Positions 38,549 to 50,388 of a stretch of 64,000 bases of DNA are shown here, piece by piece. The notes beneath the pieces are model-generated. The model worked only from the letters and a program-made list of their open reading frames with translations, made no database searches and was not told where the DNA came from. Position 1 is the first letter of the stretch; each line of letters starts with the position of its first letter. The translations under genes were made by a program, and so were the position numbers. Origin of the DNA: an uncultured Gammaproteobacteria bacterium (GTDB taxonomy: Bacteria; Pseudomonadota; Gammaproteobacteria; UBA9214); assembly GCA_963748215.1 (NCBI GenBank), contig CAVVHS010000006.1:192001-256000 (forward strand), read 5' to 3'.

Positions 38549-40843
38549 ATGTCTGTGAATCGTCTGCTCCTGGCGTGCCGGATAGTGCTGTTGTCGTTGC
38601 TTCTGAACGGGACCGTGCAGGCGTTTGCGCCTTTCACTGTCGAGGATATCCGCGTCGAGGGGCTGCAGCGCATTTCCGCCGGCACGGTATTCAATTACCT
38701 GCCGGTCAAGATCGGCCAGAGCCTGGACAACGACGGCAGCGTTGCGGCCATCACCGCGCTGTTCAAGACCGGTTTCTTCGACGATGTCTACATGGAACGC
38801 GACGGCAGCGTGCTGGTGATATTCGTGCGGGAACGGGCCGCGATCAGCAGTATCGAGATCGAGGGTAACCAGGACCTGGATACCCAGGAGTTGCTGGACG
38901 GCCTCAAGCAGATCGGCCTGGCAGAGGGTCGCGTGTTCGACCGCTCGCTGCTGGAAAAGGTCGAGCAGGAACTGCAGCGGCAGTATTTCAGCCGCGGCAA
39001 GTATTCCGTGAAGATCGATACCACGATCACGCCGCTGGAACGCAACCGGGTCGGCATCAAGATCGATATCTCGGAAGGCCGGGTCGCCCGCATCAAGCAG
39101 ATCAACATTATCGGCAACCACCGCTACAAAGACGAGGAACTGCTCGACGAGTTCAGCCTGACCACGCCGGGAATGTTTTCCGCGTTCACCAAGAGCGACC
39201 AGTATTCCAAGCAGGCGCTGTCGGCGGACCTCGAGGTGCTGCGCACCTGGTACCTGGACCGCGGTTACCTGAAATTCAACATCAATTCGACCCAGGTCTC
39301 TATCACGCCGGACAAGAAGGACATCTACATCACCATCAATATCACCGAGGGCAAGCAATTCACCATCAAGGTGGTAACGCTGTCCGGTGACCTGGTCGTG
39401 CCGGCCGAGGAAATCTTTCCGCTGATCAACATCAACCCCGGCGACGTGTTCTCGCGCAAACGCGTCACCGAGTCGGTCGACAGGATCAGTTCTCTGCTCG
39501 GTAACCAGGGCTATGCCTTCGCGAACGTCAACACCGTGCCGGAGATAAACGAGGAGACCAACCAGGTCGAACTCGGCTTTTTCGTCGACCCTGGCAAACG
39601 GGTCTATGTCAGGCGCATCAATTTTGCCGGCAATAACTCGACGCGTGACGAGGTGCTGCGCCGCGAAATGCGCCAGATGGAGGGCGGTTGGTACTCCGCC
39701 GAAAAGGTGGAACGCTCGCGCACCCGTCTGGACCGCCTCGGCTTCTTCGAAAAGGTCAATGTCGAGACCCCGTCGGTGCCTGGCACCACCGACCAGCTGG
39801 ATGTCGATTACTCGGTGACGGAAACCTCTTCCGGGAGTATCACGGCCGGCGTCGGCTTTTCGCAGAGTTCCGGCTTCCTGTTCAACGCCAGCGTGCAGCA
39901 GAACAATTTCCTCGGTACCGGCAAACGTGTCGCTTTCACCTTCGACAACAGCGATGTGAATACCGTTTACAGCTTCAGCTACGTCAACCCGTACTGGACC
40001 ATCGACGGCGTCAGTCGCGGCTTCGGCGCCTACTTCCGGGAAACAGATGCCAGCCAGGCGAATCTGACGGACTACACCACCGATACGCGCGGTATCGACA
40101 TGAACTTCGGTATCCCGATCAACGAGTACGACAGCATCCGTTTCAGCATCGGTTACAAGGGTCTGGACCTGAAATCGAGCGTCTTTTCGCCGGTAGAGGT
40201 CACCGATTTCGAGGATACCTATGGCAACAGCTTCGGTGACCTGGTGCTGTCTGCCAGCTGGCGTCATGACTCGCGCAACAAGATCCTGTTCCCGGACGAG
40301 GGCGGCCTGAAGAGCATCGCGCTGGAGACGACCTTGCCGGGATCAGGGCTGGAGTACTACAAGCTCGATTACACGCAGCAGCAGTTCTTGCCCTTGACCC
40401 GCAACCTGACACTCGGCCTGAAGGCCCGCATCGGCTACGGCGACGGTTACGGCGATTTCGTCAACCTGCCGTTTTTCGAGAACTTTTTCGCTGGCGGCAT
40501 TCGCTCGGTGCGTGGTTTTGATGACAACACGCTGGGACCGAGAGATTCGAACAATAATTCGATTGGCGGTGCATTCCTGACTGTGGCCAGCATGGAGCTG
40601 CTGTTTCCGGTGCCGTTTCTCGATGTCGGCAGCGGCACACGCTTGAGTGCTTTCTTCGATGTCGGTAATGTCTTCGAAGACGTCAATGCATTCGAGACCA
40701 GCGAATTCAGGTATTCTGTAGGCTTGGCGGGACTGTGGTCATCGCCGCTTGGCCCCATATCGGTAAGTTTCGGTTTCCCGCTGAATGCCAAGGACGGTGA
40801 CGAGGAACAGAACTTCCAGTTCACAGTGGGAACCTTTTTCTGA
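38549..40843 (+). CDS. bamA: Outer membrane protein assembly factor BamA
   Basis: DIRVEGLQR POTRA repeats, SVRGF motif, C-terminal Phe. Confidence 0.97.
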   Translation: MSVNRLLLACRIVLLSLLLNGTVQAFAPFTVEDIRVEGLQRISAGTVFNYLPVKIGQSLDNDGSVAAITALFKTGFFDDVYMERDGSVLVIFVRERAAISSIEIEGNQDLDTQELLDGLKQIGLAEGRVFDRSLLEKVEQELQRQYFSRGKYSVKIDTTITPLERNRVGIKIDISEGRVARIKQINIIGNHRYKDEELLDEFSLTTPGMFSAFTKSDQYSKQALSADLEVLRTWYLDRGYLKFNINSTQVSITPDKKDIYITINITEGKQFTIKVVTLSGDLVVPAEEIFPLININPGDVFSRKRVTESVDRISSLLGNQGYAFANVNTVPEINEETNQVELGFFVDPGKRVYVRRINFAGNNSTRDEVLRREMRQMEGGWYSAEKVERSRTRLDRLGFFEKVNVETPSVPGTTDQLDVDYSVTETSSGSITAGVGFSQSSGFLFNASVQQNNFLGTGKRVAFTFDNSDVNTVYSFSYVNPYWTIDGVSRGFGAYFRETDASQANLTDYTTDTRGIDMNFGIPINEYDSIRFSIGYKGLDLKSSVFSPVEVTDFEDTYGNSFGDLVLSASWRHDSRNKILFPDEGGLKSIALETTLPGSGLEYYKLDYTQQQFLPLTRNLTLGLKARIGYGDGYGDFVNLPFFENFFAGGIRSVRGFDDNTLGPRDSNNNSIGGAFLTVASMELLFPVPFLDVGSGTRLSAFFDVGNVFEDVNAFETSEFRYSVGLAGLWSSPLGPISVSFGFPLNAKDGDEEQNFQFTVGTFF

Positions 40844-40871
40844 ATCCATTACTACTTCACGGAGAATTGAT

Positions 40872-41387
40872 GTGACTACCCGCAAGCATATTCCATTGGC
40901 CATGATTTCGATGGCTGCCCTGATGCTGTTTACCGGCATCGCCCGCGCAGAGCTGAAAGTCGGATTTGTGGATCTCGCCAAGCTCAGCGAGAACGCACCA
41001 CAGATTATTTCCGCGCAAGGCAAGATCGATGCCGAGTTTTCCAGCCGGGAAAAGGAGCTGGTCGCCCTGCAGCGCAAGATCGCCAAGATGGAAGAAGATC
41101 TGTCCAACAACGGCGCGGTGATGAGCGAGTCAGAACGCAGCAGCAGCGAGCGCGATATTCTCAGCAAGCGCCGCGAGCTGAAACGCTCGCAGGACGAATT
41201 TCGTGATGACCTCAATATCCGCAAGAATGAAATACTCAAGCAGGTCAACATCGAAATCGGCAATGTCATCGAGGCTCTGGCCAAGGACGAGAAGTACGAC
41301 CTCATTATCGCGCAGGGTGTCATGTTCGCGAGCGACCGCGTTGATATCACCGACACGATCCTGAAAAAGCTTTCCTCGGGCAAGTAG
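40872..41387 (+). CDS. skp: OmpH/Skp periplasmic chaperone
   Basis: Signal peptide, KVGFVD, coiled coil, YDLII...DITD; canonical position. Confidence 0.92.
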   Translation: MTTRKHIPLAMISMAALMLFTGIARAELKVGFVDLAKLSENAPQIISAQGKIDAEFSSREKELVALQRKIAKMEEDLSNNGAVMSESERSSSERDILSKRRELKRSQDEFRDDLNIRKNEILKQVNIEIGNVIEALAKDEKYDLIIAQGVMFASDRVDITDTILKKLSSGK

Positions 41388-41416
41388 CGCGGCCGCACTG
41401 CCGCGGATAATTGCGC

Positions 41417-42463
41417 ATGGCAATGACCCTCGGTGAACTGGCGCAGCGGCTGGGTGTGACGCTGCAGGGAGGAGATCCGGCGTGCCAGGTGACGGCCGTC
41501 GCCACCCTGCAGCATGCCGGCAGCGGTGATCTGAGCTTTCTTGCCAACAAGGGTTACCGGAAATATCTGTCCGGCACCCGCGCCTCCGCTGTCATCCTTG
41601 CCGCTGAACACGCGGATGAATGTCCGGTTGCCGTGCTGGTATCGGACAACCCCTACGCAACCTACGCGCGCGCCGCCGCGCTGATCGTGCCGCCTGCGCG
41701 GGGTCGCCAGGGAGTTCACCCGACAGCCACGCTGGAGGAAGGTTGCCGGGTCGATGACACGGCCTGGGTGGGACCCAACTGCATCATCGAGCGCGATGCC
41801 GTCGTCCATGCCGGCGTGCAACTTGCCGGTGGTTGTTTCATCGGTGCCGGCAGCAGTATCGGTGCGGACAGCCGCCTGTTGCCGAACGTGGTCGTCTGTC
41901 ACGATGTCAGCATCGGCGAGCGGGTCACCCTCCATGCGGGAGCGGTCATCGGCAGCGATGGTTTCGGGCTGGCCAGCGAGAACGGTAAATGGCTGAATGT
42001 GCCGCAGCTCGGCAGCGTGCGTATCGGCAACGATGTGGAGATCGGTGCGAACACCACGGTCGACCGTGGCGCGCTCGAGGACACCGTGCTGGAAGAAGGC
42101 GTCAGGCTCGATAATCAGATACAGGTTGCGCATAATGTCCACATCGGCGCGCACACCGCGATCGCCGGTTGCGTCGGCATTTCGGGTAGCGCGAAAATCG
42201 GCCGGCATTGCATGATCGGCGGTGGTGCCGGCATCGTCGGGCACCTGGAAATCGCCGACAACGTGATCATTACCGGCATGACCATGGTCACCCGGTCGAT
42301 TACCGAACCGGGTGTCTATTCATCCGGTGTGCCGGCACAGGACAATGACAGCTGGAACAGGAATTATGCGCGCTTCCGGCAGCTTGACCGTATCGCGCGC
42401 AAGGTGCAGGCCCTGGAGCGCAGGCTTGCGGCAGACGGCGACGGGCAGCAGGGCCGTGACTGA
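41417..42463 (+). CDS. lpxD: UDP-3-O-acylglucosamine N-acyltransferase
   Basis: Hexapeptide repeats, GSDGFG, EIGANTTVDRG, LDNQIQVAHNV. Confidence 0.96.
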   Translation: MAMTLGELAQRLGVTLQGGDPACQVTAVATLQHAGSGDLSFLANKGYRKYLSGTRASAVILAAEHADECPVAVLVSDNPYATYARAAALIVPPARGRQGVHPTATLEEGCRVDDTAWVGPNCIIERDAVVHAGVQLAGGCFIGAGSSIGADSRLLPNVVVCHDVSIGERVTLHAGAVIGSDGFGLASENGKWLNVPQLGSVRIGNDVEIGANTTVDRGALEDTVLEEGVRLDNQIQVAHNVHIGAHTAIAGCVGISGSAKIGRHCMIGGGAGIVGHLEIADNVIITGMTMVTRSITEPGVYSSGVPAQDNDSWNRNYARFRQLDRIARKVQALERRLAADGDGQQGRD

Positions 42464-42520
42464 GCGCTTGAATAACTACAAAAGAACTCTTGCACAACGA
42501 CACCACCCGGGCGTACATCC

Positions 42521-42961
42521 ATGGACATCAATGACATTCTCCAGCACCTGCCGCACAGGTATCCGTTCCTGCTGATAGATCGCGTCACCGAATTCAATGC
42601 CGGTGAATCGCTGGTGGGCTACAAGAACGTGACCTTCAACGAACCCTTTTTCCAGGGCCATTTCCCGCAGCGCCCGATCATGCCCGGCGTGCTGATACTC
42701 GAGGCCATGGCGCAGGCGACCGGTCTGCTCGCCTTCAAGACGGTGGAGCGCGGGGCGCGGCGCGAAAGCCTGTATTACCTGGTCGGCATGGACAAGGCTC
42801 GTTTCAAACGTCCGGTCGAGCCGGGCGACAAGCTGGTCCTGCGTGCCAGGCTGTTGCGTTCAAGGCGCGGTATCTGGGTATTCGACTGCGATGCCAGTGT
42901 CGACGGCAAGGTGGTCGCCAGCGCGGAGATTATGTGCACCGAACAGGATATCGAGCCTTGA
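42521..42961 (+). CDS. fabZ: 3-hydroxyacyl-ACP dehydratase
   Basis: [31 protein letters not shown]. Confidence 0.97.
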   Translation: MDINDILQHLPHRYPFLLIDRVTEFNAGESLVGYKNVTFNEPFFQGHFPQRPIMPGVLILEAMAQATGLLAFKTVERGARRESLYYLVGMDKARFKRPVEPGDKLVLRARLLRSRRGIWVFDCDASVDGKVVASAEIMCTEQDIEP

Positions 42962-43728
42962 TCGATGCGCGCGCGGTCATAGATCCCGGGGCGGAACTGG
43001 CGGCGAACGTGACGGTTGGTCCCTACACGGTGATCGGTCCCGAGGTGAGTATCGGGGAGGGTACGCGGATCGGGCCGCATGTCGTTATCGAGGGGCCGAC
43101 CCGAATCGGCCGCGATAACCGTATTTTCCCGTTCGCGTCGCTTGGCACGGCACCGCAGGATAAAAAGTATGCGGATGAGAAAACCTGGCTGGAGATCGGC
43201 GATCGCAACACCATCAGGGAGTTCGTCACCTTCAACCGCGGCACGGTGCAGGATGCCGGCGCGACCCGCATCGGCAATGATAACTGGATCATGGCCTACG
43301 TACACATCGCGCACGATTGCCGGATCGGCAACCAGACCATCTTCGCCAACAACGCATCGCTGGCCGGCCACGTGCACATCGATGACTATGTCATCCTTGG
43401 CGGTTTCACGCTGGTGCACCAGTTCTGCCACATCGGCGCACACTCCCTGACGGCATTCGGCAGCGGCATCAGCATGGATGTGCCGCCCTACGTGACGGTC
43501 GGCGGCAGTCCCGCGCATGCGCACGGACTGAACCTGGAAGGGCTGCGTCGGCGCGGTTTTTCCGAGGACACGCGCCGACTGCTGAAGCAGGCCTACAGGA
43601 CGATATACCGCGAGAACCGGTCGCTCGCCGACGCGGTTGCGCAGCTCCGCGCGCTGGGCAGCGACAGCGCCGAGCTGGAACTGCTGATACGCTTCCTGGA
43701 AAACCAGACGCGCGGTATCGTCAGGTAG
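42958..43728 (+). CDS. lpxA: UDP-GlcNAc O-acyltransferase
   Basis: PQDKKY, IREFVT, HIAHDC, LAGHV. Confidence 0.97.
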   Translation: MIDARAVIDPGAELAANVTVGPYTVIGPEVSIGEGTRIGPHVVIEGPTRIGRDNRIFPFASLGTAPQDKKYADEKTWLEIGDRNTIREFVTFNRGTVQDAGATRIGNDNWIMAYVHIAHDCRIGNQTIFANNASLAGHVHIDDYVILGGFTLVHQFCHIGAHSLTAFGSGISMDVPPYVTVGGSPAHAHGLNLEGLRRRGFSEDTRRLLKQAYRTIYRENRSLADAVAQLRALGSDSAELELLIRFLENQTRGIVR

Positions 43729-43730
43729 GC

Positions 43731-44888
43731 ATGCCGTTGCGCATCGGCATCATCGCGGGTGAGGCTTCTGGCGACACGATTGCGGCGGGGTTGATCGGCG
43801 CGATTCGCGAACAGGTCCCGGACGCGGTGTTCGAGGGCGTTGCAGGACCGCGCATGCAGGCAGCCGGCTGCCACAGCCTGTTTCCGATGGAGCGCCTGTC
43901 GGTCATGGGACTGACCGAGGTACTGTCACACCTGCCCGGCCTGCTGGCCATGCGTCGCGCGTTGCGGCTGCATTTCACCGCCGCGCCACCCGACGTGTTC
44001 ATCGGTGTGGATGCGCCGGATTTCAACCTGGGCCTGGAGCGTTCGCTGAAACAGGCCGGCATCAAAACGCTGCATTATGTCAGCCCGTCGGTGTGGGCCT
44101 GGCGTCGCTACCGGGTGCGCAAGATCGCCGCCAGCGTGGACTGCATGCTGACCCTGTTTCCCTTCGAGGCGCGCTTCTATCACGAACAGCAGATCCCGGC
44201 ACGCTTTGTCGGTCACCCGCTGGCAGACCTGATCGCGGACGACATCGACCGCGATACGGCGCGCGAGCAACTTGGCATCGCGCCTGCCGGACCGCTGGTG
44301 GCGCTGTTGCCGGGCAGCCGGGTCAGCGAGGTCAGGCGCCTGGCGAGACCGCTGCTCGAGGCAGCTGCGTGGTGCCGGGCGCAGCGTGACGAGCTGGAAT
44401 TCGTCGTACCGGTGGCCAGTGACAGCTGCCGGGCGGTGTTCGAACAGGTACTGGCGGAAGTCGATGCGACGCTGCCGGTCACCCTGCTGGCGGGTCAGGG
44501 ACTGGAGGCAATGGCCGCTGCCGATGCGGTCATGCTGGCCTCGGGGACCGCCACGCTCGAGTGCATGCTGCTGAAGCGTCCCATGGTGGTGGCCTACCGC
44601 CTGTCGACGCTGACCTACCGCCTGGCACGGCTGCTGGTCCGGACGCCGTTCTACTCGCTGCCCAACCTGCTGGCCGGCCGGCCACTGGTCGCCGAACTGA
44701 TCCAGGACGAGGCCACCGCGGAAAACCTCGGCCGGGAGGTGCTGGCGCTGCTCGATGATCCGGCACGGGTCGAGGCGCTGCGGCGTACGTTCGCCGGGCT
44801 GCATGCGGAGTTGCGCCGCGATGCCAGTCGCAGCGCGGCAACGGCTGTATTGCAACTCGTTGCGCTCGGGCACTGCGATGGAGGTTGA
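43731..44888 (+). CDS. lpxB: Lipid-A-disaccharide synthase
   Basis: [36 protein letters not shown]. Confidence 0.97.
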   Translation: MPLRIGIIAGEASGDTIAAGLIGAIREQVPDAVFEGVAGPRMQAAGCHSLFPMERLSVMGLTEVLSHLPGLLAMRRALRLHFTAAPPDVFIGVDAPDFNLGLERSLKQAGIKTLHYVSPSVWAWRRYRVRKIAASVDCMLTLFPFEARFYHEQQIPARFVGHPLADLIADDIDRDTAREQLGIAPAGPLVALLPGSRVSEVRRLARPLLEAAAWCRAQRDELEFVVPVASDSCRAVFEQVLAEVDATLPVTLLAGQGLEAMAAADAVMLASGTATLECMLLKRPMVVAYRLSTLTYRLARLLVRTPFYSLPNLLAGRPLVAELIQDEATAENLGREVLALLDDPARVEALRRTFAGLHAELRRDASRSAATAVLQLVALGHCDGG

Positions 44889-45471
44889 AATTGTCCTGCC
44901 GCCGGGACGCGTGGCCGGCGTCGACGAGGCCGGGCGCGGGCCGCTGGCCGGCCCGGTGATCGCCGCCGCGGTCATCCTCGATCCCCTGCGACCGATTGCC
45001 GGTTTGCGCGATTCCAAGTGCCTCGGTGCCAACCGACGGGAACGGCTGTATGAAGAAATCACGCAGCATGCGCTGGCGTGGGCGGTGGGGCGCGCGGAGG
45101 TCACGGAGATCGACCGGATCAATATCCTGCAGGCGACCTTGCGGGCGATGCAGCGCGCGGTCAACGCGCTGCACCCCCGTGCCGAGCATGTGCTGGTGGA
45201 TGGCAACCGCTGTCCCGAGCTGGCCTGTCCTGCACAGGCCATCGTCAGGGGCGACAGCCGCGTCGCGGCAATCAGTGCCGCTTCCATCATCGCCAAGGTG
45301 AGTCGTGACCGGGAAATGATCGAGCTGGATGCGCGCTACCCCGGTTATGGCCTGGCGCAGCACAAGGGCTATCCCGTCAAGGCGCACCTGCAGGCCCTGG
45401 AGGCGCTCGGACCGACGCCGCAGCACCGGCAATCCTTTGCACCGGTCAGGCGTGTTGCGCGACGGGCCTGA
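44878..45471 (+). CDS. rnhB: Ribonuclease HII
   Basis: [32 protein letters not shown]. Confidence 0.97.
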   Translation: MEVEIVLPPGRVAGVDEAGRGPLAGPVIAAAVILDPLRPIAGLRDSKCLGANRRERLYEEITQHALAWAVGRAEVTEIDRINILQATLRAMQRAVNALHPRAEHVLVDGNRCPELACPAQAIVRGDSRVAAISAASIIAKVSRDREMIELDARYPGYGLAQHKGYPVKAHLQALEALGPTPQHRQSFAPVRRVARRA

Positions 45472-46561
45472 GATCAGGCGTAGGCAAGCCGTCTTCCATA
45501 TCTTTCACGTAGTTGGTCACGCGATTGCGGCCGCACTGCTTGCTGCTGTAGAGGGCAAGGTCGGCCTTGTCGAGTACCGTGGCCGCTTCGTCGACACCTT
45601 CCGGGAAATTGGCAAGGCCGATACTGGCGGTCGCGGCGATGCACTGCCCCCTGGCGCTGAGGGTCGTGTTGGTGATGGTGGAGCGGATGCGTTCCGCGCT
45701 GGTGCGGGCACTGTCCAGACCGGTGTGGGACATGAGGATCACGAATTCGTCACCGCCGTAGCGTGCCAGGACATCAGAGGTGCGCACGCAGCGCTGCAAT
45801 GCCTGTCCCACGGCCTGGATCATGCGGCTGCCGGTTGAATGTCCGTACAGGTCGTTGACCTGCTTGAGACCGTCCAGGTCGATCATGATCAGGGTCAGCG
45901 ATTCGTCATAGCGTGACGCGCGTGCTATCTCGCGTTTCAGGATGGTGTTGAAGGCGCGCATATTGAGCAGGCCGGTCAGTTCGTCGGTCTGCGACAGCAG
46001 CATGATCTTGCGCTTGGCGGCAAGGATGTCCGCGGCGAGAATGGAGGTCACGGCGGCGACCAGCAGGAACGGGGAGAACTTCGCCATCAGCAGGGTGAAG
46101 GTCTGCGGCGAGAATATATCGCTGGAGAATTGCTGATAGCCCATGAGCAGGTAGCAGCTCGCGATCAGCAATACCTCCAGTAACGTCATGGCCTTGCCAA
46201 GGGTGATCGCGCTGGCGATGATCACCAGCAGGTACAGATTCAGCAGCGGACTTTCGATCTGGCCGGTATGCTGCAATACGATGGTGATGAAAATGACCAT
46301 CACCCAGGTTTCGATCGCCAGCTTGAACCGGGTGTCGCGGGCATGGATATTCATATAGCGAAACACCAGCACGAAACCGGCATAGGCGACCATGGACAGG
46401 ATGATGGCATCCGGCGAGCTGATTTCGCCGGTCGGTATGAAAAAGTACACCAGCACCAGAATGAGCAGCAGCCAGTGCAGGTCTGCCATGCTGTGCGAGA
46501 AACTCTTCAGTTCCTCGGCCTCGAATATGTTGCAGAGTTGTTTGCTATGGGGTGAGTGCAT
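45446..46561 (-). CDS. Membrane-anchored diguanylate cyclase (GGDEF)
   Basis: 5-6 N-terminal TMs; [27 protein letters not shown]-site, RYGGDEF. Confidence 0.92.
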   Translation of the reverse strand: MHSPHSKQLCNIFEAEELKSFSHSMADLHWLLLILVLVYFFIPTGEISSPDAIILSMVAYAGFVLVFRYMNIHARDTRFKLAIETWVMVIFITIVLQHTGQIESPLLNLYLLVIIASAITLGKAMTLLEVLLIASCYLLMGYQQFSSDIFSPQTFTLLMAKFSPFLLVAAVTSILAADILAAKRKIMLLSQTDELTGLLNMRAFNTILKREIARASRYDESLTLIMIDLDGLKQVNDLYGHSTGSRMIQAVGQALQRCVRTSDVLARYGGDEFVILMSHTGLDSARTSAERIRSTITNTTLSARGQCIAATASIGLANFPEGVDEAATVLDKADLALYSSKQCGRNRVTNYVKDMEDGLPTPDLRPVAQHA

Positions 46562-46800
46562 GATCAGGGGACGTACACAGGTTGCTGTGGTACAGCCTGT
46601 ATCGACCAGAAGTCGCTGAAAATTAGCGTGATCCGCTTCCCGGTGCCGGGAATTACCCGCGTCTCGGGCTCAGCGCCCGGGATTTACCAGGATGGATTAT
46701 ATTTATTCATGAATAACAAATGGTTATTTAATATACTTAAACCATTTTAATGTTGTGATTCGGCTTGCAACCGGCCGGCTAAAAACGGACACTTTTTTCT

Positions 46801-49800
46801 ATGCCACCCGCCTTTGTCCACCTCCACGTCCACACCGAATATTCGCTGGTCAACGGAACCGTGCGTATCAAGCCGCTGGTCAGGCGTGTCGCCGGGGCCG
46901 GTATGCCGGCCGTGGCGGTCACCGACCAGTGCAACATGTTTTCCATGGTGAAGTTCTACCGTGCCGCGATGGCGGCGGGTGTGAAACCGATCGTGGGTGT
47001 CGATGTGTGGGTGGCCGATCCCGGCGCGGAAGGTCAGCCGGCACGCCTGGTGCTGCTGTGCAAGTCGCGTGACGGCTACCTGAATCTCACCCGCCTGGTA
47101 TCGCGCGCCTACACGCAGGGTCAGCACCGCGGTATACCGGTGCTGGAACCGGACTGGTTCGACGGCTGCACGGACGGGCTGATCGCGCTGTCCGGCGGTG
47201 TGGCGGGCAATATCGGCCGGGCATTGCTGGCGAACCGGCAGGAACTGGCCGGGCAGGCACTGGCGGCCTGGCTGCGGCTGTTTCCGGACAGTTTTTACCT
47301 CGAGCTGCAACGCACCGGGCGGCCCGGCGAGGAAGACTACCTGCACCGGGCCGTCGCACTGGCCGCCCGTCACGACGTGCCGGTGGTGGCCACCAACGAC
47401 GTGCATTTCCTGAAGCAGTCCGACTTCATCGCACACGAGGCGCGTGTCTGCATCAACGAAGGCCGCACGCTGGACGACCCGCGCCGCACCCGGCACTTTT
47501 CCGATCAGCAATACCTGCGCTCGCCGCAGGAGATGCAGGCACTGTTCGAGGATATTCCCGAGGCGCTGGAGAACACCGTCGAGATTGCGCGTCGCTGTAA
47601 CCTGGAACTCGAACTCGGCAAGAACTACCTGCCGGACTTCCCGGTCCCGGCCGGCACCGGCATGGCGGAATTTTTCCGCGTCCAGGCGGAGGAGGGGCTG
47701 GAGCAACGCTTGCAGCAGCTGTTCGACAGCCAGCAGCCGGATATCGAAGCCGTGCGCCAGCGCTACCGGGAGCGGCTCGCGCTCGAGATCGGCGTGATAC
47801 TGGAGATGGGTTTCCCCGGCTACTTCCTGATCGTCGCCGATTTCATCAAGTGGGCCAAGGCGAACGGCATCCCGGTCGGGCCGGGACGCGGTTCCGGCGC
47901 CGGCTCTCTGGTGGCGTATGCATTGACCATTACCGATCTCGACCCGTTGCGCTACGACCTGCTGTTCGAGCGATTCCTGAATCCCGAACGCGTATCCATG
48001 CCGGACTTCGACGTGGACTTCTGCATGGAGGGGCGCGACCGCGTGATCGACTATGTCGCCGAACGTTACGGGCGCGAAAAGGTTTCGCAGATCATTACCT
48101 ACGGTTCGATGGCGGCGAAGGCGGTGGTGCGCGATGTCGGACGCGTGCTGGGCCATCCCTATGGTTTCACCGACCGCATCGCCAAGCTGATCCCGTTCGA
48201 GATCGGCATAACGCTGGACAAGGCGCTGGAACAGGAGCCGCAGCTGGCCGAGCTGTACGAAAACGACGAGGATGTGCAGGCCATGATCGACCTGGCCCGC
48301 TCGCTGGAAGGCCTGTCGCGCAATGCCGGCAAGCATGCCGGCGGCGTGGTCATCGCTCCCTCGAAACTGACCGACTTCACGCCGCTGTACTGCGAGCAGG
48401 GCGGCGACGCGGTGGTCAGCCAGTTCGACAAGGACGACGTCGAGGCGGTCGGCCTGGTGAAGTTCGATTTCCTCGGCCTGCGCACGCTGACTATCATCGA
48501 CTGGGCGCTGAAGACCATCAACCGCCAGCGCGCGGCCAGCGGCCAGCCGCCGGTGGACATCAGCAGCCTGCCACTGAACGACGAACCGACCTTCACACTG
48601 CTCAAGGCATCAGGCACGACCGCGGTGTTCCAGCTGGAATCGAGTGGCATGAAGGACCTGATCCGGCGCCTGCAGCCGGATAGCTTCGAGGACATCGTGG
48701 CGCTGGTGGCACTGTTCCGCCCCGGCCCGCTGCAGTCCGGCATGGTCGACGACTTCATCGCGCGCAAGCACGGCGCCGAGATCAAGTATCCGCACCCGGA
48801 GCTGATACCGATCCTGAAGCCCACCTACGGCATCATTCTTTACCAGGAACAGGTGATGCAGATCGCCCAGGTGCTGGCCGGCTACACCCTGGGCGGCGCG
48901 GACATGCTGCGCCGCGCGATGGGCAAGAAGAAGCCCGAGGAGATGGCCAAGCAGCGCTCGATATTCCAGGAAGGCGCGCTCGCGCGCGGCGTCGACGCGG
49001 ACGTGGCCGCCTACATCTTCGACCTGATGGAGAAGTTCGCCGGTTACGGTTTCAACAAGAGCCACTCGGCGGCCTACGCACTGCTCTCCTACCAGACGGC
49101 CTGGCTGAAGGCGCATTATCCCGCGGCGTTCATGGCCGCGGTGCTGTCGGCGGACATGGACAATACCGACAAGGTGGTGCACCTGATTGCCGAGTGCCGC
49201 GACATGAAGCTGAAGGTCGTGCCGCCGGACGTCAACCGTTCCGACTACCACTTCACCGCGCAGACGGATGACACCATCATCTACGGGCTCGGTGCCATCA
49301 AGGGCGTCGGCCAGGCCGCCATCGAGGGCATGCTGGCCGAACGCGCCGCGGCTGGCGCCTTCGCCGACCTGTTCGATTTCTGCCAGCGCGTCGACCTGCG
49401 CAAGCTGAACCGGCGTGTGATCGATGCCCTGATCCGCGCCGGCGCACTCGATTCGATGGGCGAGACGCGCGCCTCGCACACCGCGAACATCACCCAGGCG
49501 CTGAAACTGGCCGAGCAGCGCAGCCGCGACCTGGATACCGGCCAGAACGACCTGTTCGGCGAGAGCGCGGCCGCAGTGCCGGCGCCGCCGCCCGCGCGCG
49601 CGGTGCTGCCCGAATGGGAGGAGGAGCAGCGCCTGCAGGGCGAGATGGATGCGCTCGGCCTGTACCTGACCGGTCACCCGATCACGCGCTATGCACCGGA
49701 ACTGGCGCACATCGTCAGCGGCAAGCTGGCCGAACTCGAACAGGTGTGCGCCGCCATGCCGGCCACCACCACCAGCCGGCCCGGCCGGCCGGGCAATGGC

Positions 49801-50313
49801 GAACGCGCGGTGACCATCGCCGGACTCGTGATGAGCATGCGCGTGCGCAAAACCCAGCGTGGCGGGAAAATCGCGTTCCTGACCCTGGATGACAATACTG
49901 CGCGGCTCGACGTGCGTGTGTTTCCCGAAGTATTCGAAAAGCACCAGGCGCTGCTGGGCAAGGACAAGGTGCTGGTGATCCAGGGCGGATTCGGTCCGGA
50001 CGACTATACCGGCGGCAACCAGGTGACGGCGCAGTGCATCTATGACATCAACCAGGCGCGCGAACTTTTCGCGCGGCGCCTGGTGGTGGGGGTCGAGGCC
50101 GCGCAGGCGGGCAACGGCTTCGTGGGCAGCCTGGCGGACATCCTGCAGCCGTTCCGCCAGGGGCATTGCCGGGTATGCATCGACTATGCCGGCGGCGCGG
50201 CCCGCGCGCGTCTGGCGCTGGGCGAGGAATGGGCCGTGCATCCCACCGACGAGTTGCTGCACCGCCTGCGCGAGCTGGCGGGCCGGGACAGCGTACAGGT
50301 GGAGTATGCGTGA
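46801..50313 (+). CDS. dnaE: DNA polymerase III alpha subunit
   Basis: FVHLHVHTEYS, GPGRGSGAGS, SMPDFDVDF, YGFNKSHS. Confidence 0.98.
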   Translation: MPPAFVHLHVHTEYSLVNGTVRIKPLVRRVAGAGMPAVAVTDQCNMFSMVKFYRAAMAAGVKPIVGVDVWVADPGAEGQPARLVLLCKSRDGYLNLTRLVSRAYTQGQHRGIPVLEPDWFDGCTDGLIALSGGVAGNIGRALLANRQELAGQALAAWLRLFPDSFYLELQRTGRPGEEDYLHRAVALAARHDVPVVATNDVHFLKQSDFIAHEARVCINEGRTLDDPRRTRHFSDQQYLRSPQEMQALFEDIPEALENTVEIARRCNLELELGKNYLPDFPVPAGTGMAEFFRVQAEEGLEQRLQQLFDSQQPDIEAVRQRYRERLALEIGVILEMGFPGYFLIVADFIKWAKANGIPVGPGRGSGAGSLVAYALTITDLDPLRYDLLFERFLNPERVSMPDFDVDFCMEGRDRVIDYVAERYGREKVSQIITYGSMAAKAVVRDVGRVLGHPYGFTDRIAKLIPFEIGITLDKALEQEPQLAELYENDEDVQAMIDLARSLEGLSRNAGKHAGGVVIAPSKLTDFTPLYCEQGGDAVVSQFDKDDVEAVGLVKFDFLGLRTLTIIDWALKTINRQRAASGQPPVDISSLPLNDEPTFTLLKASGTTAVFQLESSGMKDLIRRLQPDSFEDIVALVALFRPGPLQSGMVDDFIARKHGAEIKYPHPELIPILKPTYGIILYQEQVMQIAQVLAGYTLGGADMLRRAMGKKKPEEMAKQRSIFQEGALARGVDADVAAYIFDLMEKFAGYGFNKSHSAAYALLSYQTAWLKAHYPAAFMAAVLSADMDNTDKVVHLIAECRDMKLKVVPPDVNRSDYHFTAQTDDTIIYGLGAIKGVGQAAIEGMLAERAAAGAFADLFDFCQRVDLRKLNRRVIDALIRAGALDSMGETRASHTANITQALKLAEQRSRDLDTGQNDLFGESAAAVPAPPPARAVLPEWEEEQRLQGEMDALGLYLTGHPITRYAPELAHIVSGKLAELEQVCAAMPATTTSRPGRPGNGERAVTIAGLVMSMRVRKTQRGGKIAFLTLDDNTARLDVRVFPEVFEKHQALLGKDKVLVIQGGFGPDDYTGGNQVTAQCIYDINQARELFARRLVVGVEAAQAGNGFVGSLADILQPFRQGHCRVCIDYAGGAARARLALGEEWAVHPTDELLHRLRELAGRDSVQVEYA

Positions 50314-50388
50314 AGTGCCGGCTGACTTGTCTCGCCGGGTCGGAAACGTTACCTTAGACGCTTTCCCGAAGCGCCCCCGGACTATCTG

